DNA of 64,000 nt from Methanobacteriota archaeon (GTDB taxonomy: Archaea > Thermoplasmatota > Thermoplasmata > SG8-5 > JAGLSY01): contig JAEHCO010000001.1 in NCBI GenBank assembly GCA_020697715.1, positions 810,149 to 874,148 of the forward strand, written 5' to 3'. The number at the start of each line of letters is the position of its first letter. The stretch's first letter is position 1. Made by a program: the position numbers and the translations under genes. Positions 1-10,680 of this stretch are shown piece by piece. Under the pieces are notes generated by a model. It was given only the letters and a program-made list of their open reading frames with translations, was not told the DNA's origin and did no database searches.

Positions 1-1
1 C

Positions 2-403
2 AGAGATGGTACCGAGGGTGACTCAGCTTCTATATCTGTAGCAACTGCTGTCTTTTCCGCACTGGAAGGAGTGGAGGTCGACCAAAGTGTGGCAATGACT
101 GGTTCTCTCAGTGTGCGCGGCAAGGTTCTTCCAGTTGGAGGGGTGACTGCGAAGATCGAAGCTGCTGCCGAGATGGGACTCAGAAAAGTGATAATACCAA
201 AATCCAATCTCAAGGATGTTATTCTCGAGGATAGGTATGTGGATATGATAGAGATCGTTCCAGTAGATACTATAGGTGAGGTTCTGGAGCATGCATTGAT
301 CTTCGGTCCTGACAAAGATGGATTGCTTAAGAGATTGGCGGCTTCGATAGTTCCAAAAGGTGTCACTCCTCTCAAGGTCAAGCCAGAGAGTACTCCTGTA
401 TAA
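2..403 (+). CDS. lonB: Lon protease LonB, C-terminal proteolytic domain (5' partial)
   Basis: Frame is open from the window start: EGDSAS (catalytic Ser), [25 protein letters not shown] (catalytic Lys). Confidence 0.93.
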   Translation, partial: RDGTEGDSASISVATAVFSALEGVEVDQSVAMTGSLSVRGKVLPVGGVTAKIEAAAEMGLRKVIIPKSNLKDVILEDRYVDMIEIVPVDTIGEVLEHALIFGPDKDGLLKRLAASIVPKGVTPLKVKPESTPV

Positions 404-415
404 GAGGGGATCAAT

Positions 416-604
416 TTGGTTGGCAATTTGGAATTCTACGGCAAAAAGATGGATAAAAAGCATGAACCTTTGGTTGGACGTATCTGTTATGTCTTCAATA
501 CGATGCTTCCAAGAGATGCCAATGACACGATCTGTACACATTGTATCAAGTTCATGACCCTTGAGTGTGAACATATTGATGAGTTCGTGGGAGATGATGA
601 TTAG
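416..604 (+). CDS. Small Cys-containing hypothetical protein, possibly metal-binding
   Basis: SD-like GAGGGG before a TTG start; C...CTHC...C; stop overlaps the next start. Confidence 0.65.
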   Translation: MVGNLEFYGKKMDKKHEPLVGRICYVFNTMLPRDANDTICTHCIKFMTLECEHIDEFVGDDD

Positions 605-1116
605 TGATCGCCCTTATGATCGGGCGTTTCCAACCATTTCATAATGGCCACTTGCAGGTTGTTAAAGAGATACTGGAAAATGTCGATATTGATGAGCTCA
701 TCATCGGAATAGGAAGTTCTCAATATGACCATGAAAAAAATAATCCTTTCTCATATGAAGAAAGAAAGGATATGATCTCACTTTCTTTGGATAAAGAGAA
801 AGTGCACAATTATTCAATGGTTCCAATTCCAGATATTCATAATTATCCTATCTGGGTGGAACATGTTCGTAAGCATGTTCCTCACTATGATGTCGTCTAC
901 ACTCGAAGCCAGCTTACAAAGCGTCTCTTCGAAGAGGCAGGGGACAAGGTGATAGAAACCGACCTCTATGACAGAAAAATATACTCTGGCTCTGAGATCA
1001 GGAGAAGGATTGTGACCAAAGAAAAATGGCAATATCTTGTTCCAGATGGCACATTGCTCGTACTCGATAGGATCGGCGGTGTTTCCCGCATCATCGAGTC
1101 TCAAGAAGATCAATAA
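604..1116 (+). CDS. nadM: Nicotinamide-nucleotide adenylyltransferase
   Basis: GRFQPFHNGH (HxGH motif), NPFS, SGSEIR. Confidence 0.92.
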   Translation: MIALMIGRFQPFHNGHLQVVKEILENVDIDELIIGIGSSQYDHEKNNPFSYEERKDMISLSLDKEKVHNYSMVPIPDIHNYPIWVEHVRKHVPHYDVVYTRSQLTKRLFEEAGDKVIETDLYDRKIYSGSEIRRRIVTKEKWQYLVPDGTLLVLDRIGGVSRIIESQEDQ

Positions 1117-1138
1117 TGTACAGATAGGAAGGGTGAAA

Positions 1139-1612
1139 ATGAGACCAATTGAGATCCTGGCCGAGAAGATGACCATGTCCCAGAGAACACTGGGCATTGC
1201 GGAATCATGTACAGGAGGACTGCTTAGTCATCACATAACCAATATTCCTGGAAGTTCCAATTTCTTTGAAGGTGGCGTGGTGGCCTATAGCGATGCTGCC
1301 AAAATGAAGATATTGGCTGTTACTGAGGAATGTCTGAAAACAAATGGAGCTGTAAGTGAAAGAACAGCACTGGCCATGGCAGATGGGGCCAGGGATATTT
1401 TCTCCGCAGATATAGGCATAGGGATCACAGGCATTGCTGGACCCGATGGAGGTTCTGAAGAAAAGCCAGTGGGTCTTGTCCACATCGCGATATCGGATGT
1501 GAATGATTTCATTTCGATGAAGTTCGAGTTCGATGGAGATAGAAGAGCGATAAAAGATCTGGCTATTGAGAAGGCAGTGGATATGAGCCTTCTGTTCCTG
1601 GCTGAACATTAA
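1139..1612 (+). CDS. cinA: CinA C-terminal / PncC nicotinamide-nucleotide amidase
   Basis: AESCTGG, GAVS, ITGIAGPDGGSEEKPVG; ATG at 1139 follows a GGGTGA SD. Confidence 0.9.
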   Translation: MRPIEILAEKMTMSQRTLGIAESCTGGLLSHHITNIPGSSNFFEGGVVAYSDAAKMKILAVTEECLKTNGAVSERTALAMADGARDIFSADIGIGITGIAGPDGGSEEKPVGLVHIAISDVNDFISMKFEFDGDRRAIKDLAIEKAVDMSLLFLAEH

Positions 1613-1666
1613 GAAATGAATGAACGAAGGTTTAATGTTCCTTATCACATTATCGTGGAGGTTGGC

Positions 1667-2347
1667 ATGAGGATATCTACTGGTTGTGATGTGATAGACG
1701 AGCTTCTTGGCGGTGGCATCGAGCAGGGGACCATCTCCCTGATATATGGCGAGGCAGGAAGTGGTAAGACCAATTTATGCATCCAGACCGCCAAGATAAT
1801 GGTGCTTTCAGGTAAGAAGGTCATATACATCGATACCGAAGGCCTATCACAGGATAGGATCGAACAAATGTGCGGTGATGACTATGAAATGATCATGAAG
1901 AATCTATTGATCTTCGAGCCTTATGCCTTTGATGAACAGGAAAATATTGTGGAAAAGGCCGTGAACCTTGCTCAGAAGAATGATGATATTGGATTGGTGA
2001 TCCTTGATTCCGCAACTCTCCATTATCGGATCGAATCCGGGCATGATTCAGAACGCGGTGAACGGCGTTCTCTGACGAAGCAGATCACGGCCTTACTTCG
2101 CCTTTGTCGAAAGAGAAAGATCGCCATATTGTTAACAAGTCAGGTCTTTACAGATGTGGATGTCGGCATCTTCAAGCCTCTGGGAGGTCATGTCCTCCAT
2201 CACAATGCCAAGGCCGTGATCCGGCTGGACAAGGTTGGTACTGGATTGCGTGAGGCGGTTTTAATGAAACATAGGGCCAGGGCTGAGGGTAAAAAGGTTC
2301 TATTTAGACTTACTGAGAATGGTCTTGAATGTATTGAGAATCCTTAA
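1667..2347 (+). CDS. radB: DNA repair protein RadB
   Basis: STGCDVIDELLGGG, Walker A GEAGSGKT, C-terminal KHR motif, no RadA N-terminal domain. Confidence 0.92.
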   Translation: MRISTGCDVIDELLGGGIEQGTISLIYGEAGSGKTNLCIQTAKIMVLSGKKVIYIDTEGLSQDRIEQMCGDDYEMIMKNLLIFEPYAFDEQENIVEKAVNLAQKNDDIGLVILDSATLHYRIESGHDSERGERRSLTKQITALLRLCRKRKIAILLTSQVFTDVDVGIFKPLGGHVLHHNAKAVIRLDKVGTGLREAVLMKHRARAEGKKVLFRLTENGLECIENP

Positions 2348-2466
2348 TTATCGAGCATTGTTTTTTCCAATAGCCTATGTTATTTCTAATCGCTTATATT
2401 CTAAATATCGCTAGCGATTAAAAAAACTAATACGTCTATATTCATTATTTATTCAGAGTATTTGTT

Positions 2467-3567
2467 TCAATGACCTCTGTGCACCAGGAAGTCCACCGCA
2501 TCTTCAAAGATCAGCCTCTGATTATCATTGAAGCCAGGTATGTTCCTTATTTGCTTCTTTGCCTCACTGGCATATTCCAATGTTATATCCCTGACCATAT
2601 CCTTGATCCCATATTCCTCATAAAGTTCGATCATCTGTTTGGTCATGAAGAAATCTCTTTGATTCCTATCCATACTGAACACACTTTTCACCCAGGCAAG
2701 GGTCTCATTATCTCCTGCCTTTCTTAATTCATCCAGAAGTTTGATCAAAAGAAGTGTGCGTTTACCCTCGACAATATCTCCACCCAGTTCCTTACCGGTA
2801 TCGGTGCTGAATACATTGAGCCAATCATCATGTATCTGGAATGCCCTGCCTAAGGGAAGGCCGAACTCGATCAGACTATTCATCGCCTTCTGGTTATCTG
2901 AAACTATCGCACCCAGCCTCAGAGGTCCGATGATCGTATACCAGCATGTTTTTCTATCCACCATTGCGAAGTATTCGTCCTCACTTATCAATTTCCTACC
3001 TGTGGTCCAGCCGATCTCCAGGAACTGTCCCTCACAAGTTTTTTGAAGTAGGCTATTCAATTCTCTATATAATTCCATTGTCTTGTCAATACCCAGAGTC
3101 TCCTGGTTTGACATGAGAACGTCCCACATTATGAGGTGAAGATGATCTCCTGCATTGACAGATAGCTCGTCCCCGTACAGAACTGGCAACGATGGTTTTC
3201 CCCTTCTCTCTAGAGAATGATCCTCAAAATCATCATGTATGAGTATCCAGTCCTCCGAGATCTCCATAGCGGCGGCGGTCTTCAATCCTTTTGATATATC
3301 TGTTTTATTGGCAATTGTCGACAAAAGCACTAAGCCTGGCCGAACATATTTACCGCCTCTATCAGGATATTCGGACAGCATCTTTTTGTGATGATGCAAT
3401 CCATATTCCTCTGGCATGATCTTGGACTTATCAGGCACATGTTGGAATATCTCATCTCTAATCGCGATCCTATTTTCCTGTAGGAAATCCAAAAATAAGC
3501 TTTCCTTTTCTATGCCATCTACCGTGATATATTTAGCTACGTTCTCTTTTCTCTTCATTCTCTTCAT
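2467..3567 (-). CDS. Polyprenyl (geranylgeranyl) diphosphate synthase
   Basis: GGKYVRP, LIHDDFED...RRG, FQIHDD, GDIVEGK motifs. Confidence 0.9.
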   Translation of the reverse strand: MKRMKRKENVAKYITVDGIEKESLFLDFLQENRIAIRDEIFQHVPDKSKIMPEEYGLHHHKKMLSEYPDRGGKYVRPGLVLLSTIANKTDISKGLKTAAAMEISEDWILIHDDFEDHSLERRGKPSLPVLYGDELSVNAGDHLHLIMWDVLMSNQETLGIDKTMELYRELNSLLQKTCEGQFLEIGWTTGRKLISEDEYFAMVDRKTCWYTIIGPLRLGAIVSDNQKAMNSLIEFGLPLGRAFQIHDDWLNVFSTDTGKELGGDIVEGKRTLLLIKLLDELRKAGDNETLAWVKSVFSMDRNQRDFFMTKQMIELYEEYGIKDMVRDITLEYASEAKKQIRNIPGFNDNQRLIFEDAVDFLVHRGH

Positions 3568-4625
3568 CCCATCCCTCCAAGACCTTCGAACCAGGTTGCG
3601 GTGATACCAGTTATTACCTTACTGGCACCAGCCAATTCTTCAATGTTCCTGCAACCTGTAAGGAACATCGCTCCTTTTAATTCTGATATTATAAGTCTAA
3701 GTTCTGTTTCCACAGCATCTCCACTCTCCATTGCGGCTGCCAATACCTGTTTAGCAATGCCAGCTGAACTAGCACCCATGACAATGCTACGTGCGACATC
3801 CAGTCCATTCTTTATCCCACCAGTTGCGATCATTGGCAATCCGACATCAGCCGTCTTGAGTGATATCGGTGTAGGAATACCCCAGTTCCAGAAGGTGTCG
3901 CCCATCCTTTTCAATCTTGAATTATCATCTCTCACAGCTCTGTGGAATTCCACCGCGGAAAAGCTGGTGCCACTCATGCCACCAATATCAAATCCTCTCA
4001 CTCCAGCATCTTTCAAGCGTGTTGCCACGTCCTTTGACAGGCCAGCTCCAGTCTCCTTGGCAATGACAGGTAATTCACTCGCAACCTGTCTTATGGCCTC
4101 AAGGCAACCCCTGGCCTTTGTGTCCCCCTCTATCTGCCCGATCTCCTGGGCGAAGTTCAGATGAATAGCCAGTATATCAGCATCTATCATATCCATAGCA
4201 GTCTTGCATGCATCTATACCAAAGGCGGCCTTATCTCCTTGCTGTATGAGCTGGGGAGCTCCGATATTTCCTATCATCAGAGGCACATTGTTCCCTTTTA
4301 CAATATCATAGGTTCCGGCCATTTCCGGCTCCTCAATGGCCGCTCTCTGGCTTCCGATGCCCATGCCGACACCCACTCGGCCAGCACCTATGGCCAGGTT
4401 GCGGTTGATATCGGTCGCACCATCAAATCCTCCTGTTATGGCGGCGATCACAATAGGAGCCTGTAACTTTTTTCCGAAAAGCTCGATCGAGGTGTCAATT
4501 TCATCCATATCGATCTCAGGTAGAGCATTGTGAACCAATGTTATGTCTGTCCAGTAATCTATGTCCGAATCCACCTGCTCGTTCAGGCATATATCAATAT
4601 GCTGGGCTTTTCTTGGCATCACCAT
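3564..4625 (-). CDS. fni: Type 2 isopentenyl-diphosphate delta-isomerase
   Basis: RKAQHI, AITGG, GSQR, HLN.AQE, KETG, GGMSGTSF, ATGGI. Confidence 0.95.
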   Translation of the reverse strand: MVMPRKAQHIDICLNEQVDSDIDYWTDITLVHNALPEIDMDEIDTSIELFGKKLQAPIVIAAITGGFDGATDINRNLAIGAGRVGVGMGIGSQRAAIEEPEMAGTYDIVKGNNVPLMIGNIGAPQLIQQGDKAAFGIDACKTAMDMIDADILAIHLNFAQEIGQIEGDTKARGCLEAIRQVASELPVIAKETGAGLSKDVATRLKDAGVRGFDIGGMSGTSFSAVEFHRAVRDDNSRLKRMGDTFWNWGIPTPISLKTADVGLPMIATGGIKNGLDVARSIVMGASSAGIAKQVLAAAMESGDAVETELRLIISELKGAMFLTGCRNIEELAGASKVITGITATWFEGLGGMG

Positions 4626-4628
4626 GTT

Positions 4629-5393
4629 CTAACCACCTCTGACCTTAGTTCCTATTATCTCCTTACCTTCAAGAGCGTCCTTCAATCTACCTGGCACAAG
4701 GCCATTCAGAAGGATCACATCACAACCTGTAGAGGTGATGTTGAATATAAGTTCGAGCTTTCTTTCCATACCACCGGTCACATCGGTGTTCATGGATTTG
4801 AATTTAATATCCTGACCGTGTTCGATATCTGGAATTGGCCCCTCGCCTTCATCAGGTGGGTAATGCGAGAATATGCCCTCCTCGGAGGTCACGAAGATAC
4901 ATTTCTTGATATCCAGCTCCTTGGCCAGATGTGTCATGATATCATCACCAGAGCAGATGCATACTCCCTTTTTCCTATCAACTACAACATCGCCGAAGCT
5001 GATGGGTGTTATTCCAATATCCAGGTAATGTTTGAAGATATTGGCTGGGAGCTCCATGAGCTCTCCATCCTCAAAGATCGATATCGCGCCAGCCGGTATG
5101 CTGGCAACTGGCATTCCAGCCGCATGAAAGGCGTCCACGACCAGGCCATTGAGCTTTCTCATGTCCATCTGAACTTCGTCAATGCCCTGTTTGTGGTCAG
5201 GATGGCCGATGCCATCCTGAAGACAATATTCCTTGGCCTTGATATGACCGAAAGAGCCAGCACCGTGAATGATAAGACAATCCTGTCCTGAATCTGCAAT
5301 TTCCTGTGTAAGTCTAGCAATTATATCCATCCTTGGAGTCATATCCTTGGATTTATCGGTTATCACACTGCCCCCGAGTTTTACCAATATCAT
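4629..5393 (-). CDS. ipk: Isopentenyl phosphate kinase
   Basis: KLGGSVITDK, HGAGSFGH, SGDD, DVTGGM..K; in an operon with fni. Confidence 0.93.
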   Translation of the reverse strand: MILVKLGGSVITDKSKDMTPRMDIIARLTQEIADSGQDCLIIHGAGSFGHIKAKEYCLQDGIGHPDHKQGIDEVQMDMRKLNGLVVDAFHAAGMPVASIPAGAISIFEDGELMELPANIFKHYLDIGITPISFGDVVVDRKKGVCICSGDDIMTHLAKELDIKKCIFVTSEEGIFSHYPPDEGEGPIPDIEHGQDIKFKSMNTDVTGGMERKLELIFNITSTGCDVILLNGLVPGRLKDALEGKEIIGTKVRGG

Positions 5394-5487
5394 ATGGAAA
5401 AGGAAAGATTGGACACAATATATATAGTTAATGATAGCACGCGTGTTTTTGTTTAAAGATCGATATCTAGAGAAAGCTGAAGCTGAT

Positions 5488-5532
5488 AAAAAATAAAAGT
5501 AAAAAGGAAAGGGTGGGAGAGCGTGTCTCCCA
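5488..5532 (-). terminator. Hairpin plus T-tract terminator of the 5556-7742 gene
   Basis: TGGGAGA (5514-5520) / TCTCCCA (5526-5532) stem, followed on the minus strand by a long T-rich tract. Confidence 0.7.
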
Positions 5533-5555
5533 TTCTCCGTAGTGAACTACCAGAT

Positions 5556-7742
5556 CTAATAGAATCCAATAGTTACTGTTATCGTGGCCTCATACTGCCC
5601 TTCTTGCGTACCTGCAGGCACGTCGATGAACCAGGCTACTTGAGTGTCCTGTTCCGTAGGGATCTGGTTGAAGTCTGAGCCATATGGTCCGATCGCGGTG
5701 GTTCCATTGCCTGGCGCAGGCAGTACATTCGTAGCACTCCAGTTGCCCCATATACCTATCTCAGTGTCCACTCCTGGTATTGTAGAAGGATTCAAGATCT
5801 CTGTGTTTGAGTTGTTTGCCTGACCTGTGATGTTCACGTGCTGTAAACTCACATTTACGGCTGGTATGTAATTCAGACCATCCACAAGATCCGTTATTGA
5901 CACATTGACATAATATGGTGTATTTGCCGAACATGTTATGTTGCTGTATGGGAACAGAGCGACGCCGCTGGTACCAGGTGGTGCATTTGCACTTGGATCA
6001 CCACTTGCCTGGACATCCGTGTATGTGAATACTCCAAACTCGCCGTATGTGTAGTTTGTGGCTGTTGGGAATCCAGCATCATAAACTTCGAATCTGAAGT
6101 TCCAGCTGTTTGGATCATCTAACATAGTACCTGCATCCCATTCGTCACCAGCTACTGGTGTCGCGAAGAATGGATCAGATCCTACGGCCGCACATGTCTG
6201 CTTATCGAAGGTGATGTTCATCCAGACATAGTATTTTTCATTGGCTACAGAAACATTCGACCACCAGCTGTCTACTGTGAATTCTCCAGGTCCAGCTGCA
6301 GGGTATGTCATAGCTGCGGATCCTGTTCCTGCTGAAAGACCGAGTCCTTCTGACCACAGAGCGGTGAACATCTTGGTCCTGTTCTCGGCTGTAGCTCCTC
6401 TTGGATTGGTATCTCCATCATCGTACCATCCATTGAGTTCCACTCTTACATTGTCTGCGCCATCGAAGAACTGGTCGTTCGCGCCTATGGAATAGTTGAA
6501 CTCGCCTCTGAAGGTGTATGTCTCACTGATGTCAACTTGCTTATCCAGTGTGCTTGCTCTTGTGACATCGGTCATGTCCCACATTCCTACTGAGTAACCA
6601 TGTGGCACATCTGTATTGACCTTCAATTTTGTATCTGAATTAACTGCTGATACGTAAGAACCAAGAGCTCCACCAACACCGACTGAAAGACCCGAGCTTG
6701 GGCTATTGTATCCTTTGATGGAAATTCCATTTAGTACTGGTGCTCCAGTGAAAGGAAGCTTGTAGGTCATATCCTTCAATGTTCCTGTCGCTGAGTAGTA
6801 ATTGTAGTATATTCCATCACCTGTGGCATTGGATCCAACTGCGGCTCCCCATGTACCATCTGGTGACCAATCGAAGTCAAGTATATTGTATCCTGTCTGG
6901 TTGTCCATCATATCTGGTATTCCACCATCGAACATGAAGAGATTCCCGCCCTCATGGTACAATCCGCCTATTATCGCGAAGGTTCCAGATGGCTGCCAAT
7001 CGATCGTGTTCAATGCTCCGACAGCAGGCCATGCAAGGGAATTCTCATATAGGTCTCCAGAGTTCGTCCAAGTGTAACCAACACCAATACCGGTATTCTC
7101 ACCGACAGCATAGTATGTGGCTATAGGGTTCGTCACTTGGTCCCATGTGACATCATAGAGTGTGTCACCAGCAAATTGAGCATTCAAGTCTGCGAATCTC
7201 CAACCTGTTGAACTACTATACCAGCATGCCAATCCTTTGTCACCTGTTGTATTATAGCCAACAGCAAAGAAATCATACGCCGAGTTGCCCCATTCATGGG
7301 CTACACAGACACCATTAAAGGTACCTAGATCCACTCCGCCATCTGGGCTGCCCAGTGGTGTTGGTCCGTTAACATAGTCATACTCGTATGCTAATGGGTG
7401 TCCAGCTATGTCATTTCCAACAACGTAGAATACTTCTGAGTAGTTATCGTAGATGATGTCATTCATTACATCCCCAGCCCCCAATATGGCTTGGACACTC
7501 CAAGCTGGGCTTGCAGTGAAATCATATATGTAGATATTATCTGATCCATCTACACCCAATGCGAAGTCTCCACTTGTGGTGTTCCACGCGATCTTTTTAA
7601 GGTCACTGTAGCCATCATTCAACTCCTCGAACATTCTTGCGGAGTCTTCAGCAACTACATTCAGCCCTAAGATCGAAAATCCTGCTCCTATCATCGCAAA
7701 TGTTATTGCGAATACCATAATTTTTTTACTGATCATATCCAT
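5556..7742 (-). CDS. Secreted cell-surface / S-layer-like glycoprotein (propeller-like N half, beta-sandwich C half)
   Basis: Signal peptide, many NxS/T sequons, repeated (D/T)W.P motifs, C-terminal G.Y.ATIT; own SD and terminator. Confidence 0.7.
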   Translation of the reverse strand: MDMISKKIMVFAITFAMIGAGFSILGLNVVAEDSARMFEELNDGYSDLKKIAWNTTSGDFALGVDGSDNIYIYDFTASPAWSVQAILGAGDVMNDIIYDNYSEVFYVVGNDIAGHPLAYEYDYVNGPTPLGSPDGGVDLGTFNGVCVAHEWGNSAYDFFAVGYNTTGDKGLACWYSSSTGWRFADLNAQFAGDTLYDVTWDQVTNPIATYYAVGENTGIGVGYTWTNSGDLYENSLAWPAVGALNTIDWQPSGTFAIIGGLYHEGGNLFMFDGGIPDMMDNQTGYNILDFDWSPDGTWGAAVGSNATGDGIYYNYYSATGTLKDMTYKLPFTGAPVLNGISIKGYNSPSSGLSVGVGGALGSYVSAVNSDTKLKVNTDVPHGYSVGMWDMTDVTRASTLDKQVDISETYTFRGEFNYSIGANDQFFDGADNVRVELNGWYDDGDTNPRGATAENRTKMFTALWSEGLGLSAGTGSAAMTYPAAGPGEFTVDSWWSNVSVANEKYYVWMNITFDKQTCAAVGSDPFFATPVAGDEWDAGTMLDDPNSWNFRFEVYDAGFPTATNYTYGEFGVFTYTDVQASGDPSANAPPGTSGVALFPYSNITCSANTPYYVNVSITDLVDGLNYIPAVNVSLQHVNITGQANNSNTEILNPSTIPGVDTEIGIWGNWSATNVLPAPGNGTTAIGPYGSDFNQIPTEQDTQVAWFIDVPAGTQEGQYEATITVTIGFY

Positions 7743-7882
7743 TTCTCCCTCACCGATTATTTTTAAACTCTGTTTACGATTGTAAAAGCTATGTATAAAA
7801 TGGTATTAATAACTTTGCTGTGTTAATATGTGCAATATTATGTATATCTATAATTGATGCATGACAAAATAGTTTTAACTAT

Positions 7883-8050
7883 CTCGGCAATACCAATTCT
7901 TTATTATTTAGCCTTCGGCACTTTTTTCTTTTGAACCTCGCTGTGCTGGCTCTGGCTCCAAAAGAAAAAAGGCGGACAAATAAAGAAACTCGCCAGAGCC
8001 TGCTCGCTCGGCAGTAATAATTCTTTATTATTTAGCCTTCGGCACTTTTT
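7883..8050. repeat. 44-bp direct repeat (41/44 identical, 32-bp exact core) duplicating the tal 3' end, with internal inverted repeats
   Basis: AATTCTTTATTATTTAGCCTTCGGCACTTTTT at 7895-7926 and 8019-8050. Confidence 0.9.
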
Positions 8051-8678
8051 CCCAATCCGCCAGGAACTTCTCGATCCCGGAATCCGTCAAAGGATGACTG
8101 ACCATGAGCTTCAGAACTTTCAATGGTAAAGTGGCAATATGCGCACCGGCCTTTGCCGAGTCAATAACATGTATCGGATGCCTAACACTGGCAACTATGA
8201 TCTCCGTATCAAAGCCATAGTTCATGAATATCTGAGCTATGTCGCGTATGATCTGCATACCTTCCTGGCCATTATCATCCAATCTGCCAACGAATGGACT
8301 TACGAAAGTGGCACCTGCCTTTGCGGCCAGTAATGCCTGGTTGGCAGAGAATATGAGAGTGACATTTGTTTTGATACCTCTCAATGAAAGCTCTCTTGTT
8401 GCTTTGAGTCCTTCAGCACACATTGGAATTTTAATTGTAATATTGTCATGGATCTTGACCAGTTCCCTGGCTTCCTTCACCATGCCTTTGGCATCCATGC
8501 TGACGACCTCGGCACTTATTGGCCCATCGACAATGGCGCATATCTCTTTTACAACTTCTTTAAAATCCCTTCCTTCCCTTGCTATGAGTGAAGGGTTTGT
8601 CGTAACTCCATCGATTATGCCCCAGCTGTTCGCTTCTTTTATCTCGTCAATGTTCGCTGTGTCCAGAAATATCTTCAT
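8028..8678 (-). CDS. tal: Transaldolase (fructose-6-phosphate aldolase family)
   Basis: [13 protein letters not shown], Schiff-base IKIP, SPFVGR, ASVR. Confidence 0.93.
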   Translation of the reverse strand: MKIFLDTANIDEIKEANSWGIIDGVTTNPSLIAREGRDFKEVVKEICAIVDGPISAEVVSMDAKGMVKEARELVKIHDNITIKIPMCAEGLKATRELSLRGIKTNVTLIFSANQALLAAKAGATFVSPFVGRLDDNGQEGMQIIRDIAQIFMNYGFDTEIIVASVRHPIHVIDSAKAGAHIATLPLKVLKLMVSHPLTDSGIEKFLADWEKVPKAK

Positions 8679-8706
8679 ATTATCAATTCTCCTCGATAAT
8701 TGATCA

Positions 8707-9663
8707 TTATCTACCTCTTCTCTTCATTACATCATGAGCCGCATCCACTATGTGATCGACCGTTAGTCCGTATTTTTCCATGAGCTCATCAGAAGTACCC
8801 GATTCCCCGAAGGAATCCCGGATCCCAACTCTCTTCATCGGTACATGGAAGTTCTCGACCAGTGTCATGGCAACTGCAGAACCCATGCCGACCATGACAT
8901 TGTGCTCCTCGGCCGTGACCATCCCACCTGTTTCTCTCGCGGCCTTGATCAATGTTTTCTCATCCATTGGTTTGATGGTGGACATGTTTATCACTTTTGC
9001 ATCGATCTTATGCTTCTTCAGATCTTCCGCGGCCTCAAGACACTTGGCAACCATTATTCCAGTACCAACGAGTGTGATGTCCGCTCCTTCTCGCATGATA
9101 CTAGCCTTCCCTATCTCGAAGTCCTGACATTCAGGAATATCCGTACACACGGGGATATTGGCTCTTCCCAATCGGATATAGACTGGTCCCTTGTATTCAG
9201 CAGCTGCCATCACCGCTCTCTTGGTTTCGGGAGCATCTGCTGGCACTATGACTGTCATATTAGGTAGAACTCTCATTAGGGCTAGATCTTCGATCATCTG
9301 ATGAGTTGCTCCATCTCCCCCCACGGTTATACCTGCGTGGGTGGCGACTATCTTCACATCCAGTTTGGGATAGGCCACACTCTGTCTGATCTGATCGTAC
9401 ACACGCCCTGTAACGAATATCGCGAAGGTACTGGCAAAAGCTGTCTTACCAGCAGCTGCAAAGCCCGCACATGCGCTGATCATATTTTGTTCAGCGATAC
9501 CGAAGTTGAAATGCCTTTCTGGAAAATGCTCGGCGAAAACACCGGTCTTGACAGAGCAGGAAAGATCCGCACTGGCAACGACGATATCACTTCTCTGTTC
9601 TCCAAGCTCGACCAGAGCCTCACCAAAGGCATCTCTCTGATTCTTCAATTCCCATTTTTTCAT
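8707..9663 (-). CDS. Transketolase, C-terminal subunit
   Basis: [32 protein letters not shown]. Confidence 0.93.
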   Translation of the reverse strand: MKKWELKNQRDAFGEALVELGEQRSDIVVASADLSCSVKTGVFAEHFPERHFNFGIAEQNMISACAGFAAAGKTAFASTFAIFVTGRVYDQIRQSVAYPKLDVKIVATHAGITVGGDGATHQMIEDLALMRVLPNMTVIVPADAPETKRAVMAAAEYKGPVYIRLGRANIPVCTDIPECQDFEIGKASIMREGADITLVGTGIMVAKCLEAAEDLKKHKIDAKVINMSTIKPMDEKTLIKAARETGGMVTAEEHNVMVGMGSAVAMTLVENFHVPMKRVGIRDSFGESGTSDELMEKYGLTVDHIVDAAHDVMKRRGR

Positions 9664-9719
9664 GCAGAAACCCTCCACTTAATTTCGGGTTTTTGAATAC
9701 AATCGCTTTGCTCTCGCAT

Positions 9720-10556
9720 TCAATCCCCTCCCAGTTCTTTCATGGCTTTTTCATACTCGTCCTTGCTGGGTGATTTACCATGGAAGCCAACAGCTCCTTC
9801 CATGAAGCTGACTCCTTTTCCTTTGATGGTATTGGCAATTATCACACTCGGATGGCCTTTTGTTTCCTTTGCCTTCTTGAAAGCAGCCAATATCTCTCTG
9901 AAATTATGACCTTCAATCTCGATGACATTCCATCCAAAGGCCTTCCATTTATCTCCCAGTGGTTCAAGGGACATGATCTTCTCAGTGGGGCCATCCAGCT
10001 GGAGTTTGTTCCTGTCTATTATGGCTACCAGATTATCGATCTTGAACTGGGATGCGGACATCGCGGCTTCCCATATCTGGCCGCAATTATTCTCCCCATC
10101 TCCCAGCATCACGTAGGTCCTATATTTCTTCCTGTCCAACTTGGCGGCCAATGCCATCCCGATACCCATGCTCAGACCTTGCCCCTCACTGCCTGTGGAA
10201 GCCTCGACACCCGGTGTCTTTCTCATATCTGGGTGCCCCTGTAATCTTGAACCGATCTTTCTGATGGTCTTCAGCTCATCGACCGGGAAATACCCGGATT
10301 CTGCAAGGCAAGCATACAGTGTGGGAGCCGCATGTCCCTTACTGAGAACGAATCTGTCTCTGTCTTCCCATTTAGGATCCTCTGATCTATGGTTCATTTC
10401 CATGAAATAAAGCGCGACGAGCACATCTGTCGCGGATAATGATCCGCCGGGATGCCCTGATCCGGCTCCATATATCATTTCTATGATATGGCGTCTGACC
10501 TTGCTGGCCATTTCTTCAAGCATTTTGATGTCTTCATCTGGATAACTGTTTACCAC
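9720..10556 (-). CDS. Transketolase, N-terminal subunit
   Basis: SGHPGGSLS, LSKGHA, LQGHP, TPP motif GDGE...N. Confidence 0.94.
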   Translation of the reverse strand: MVNSYPDEDIKMLEEMASKVRRHIIEMIYGAGSGHPGGSLSATDVLVALYFMEMNHRSEDPKWEDRDRFVLSKGHAAPTLYACLAESGYFPVDELKTIRKIGSRLQGHPDMRKTPGVEASTGSEGQGLSMGIGMALAAKLDRKKYRTYVMLGDGENNCGQIWEAAMSASQFKIDNLVAIIDRNKLQLDGPTEKIMSLEPLGDKWKAFGWNVIEIEGHNFREILAAFKKAKETKGHPSVIIANTIKGKGVSFMEGAVGFHGKSPSKDEYEKAMKELGGD

Positions 10557-10680
10557 GATACCTGCCCCTAGTTCTATGAGGACGGGGAATACACTCGCAC
10601 TTCATATTCTTTACTAATAAAACTATAAAACATCTGCATAGATTATAAGATGTAATATGTCCATAAGGTATGTGATAATT

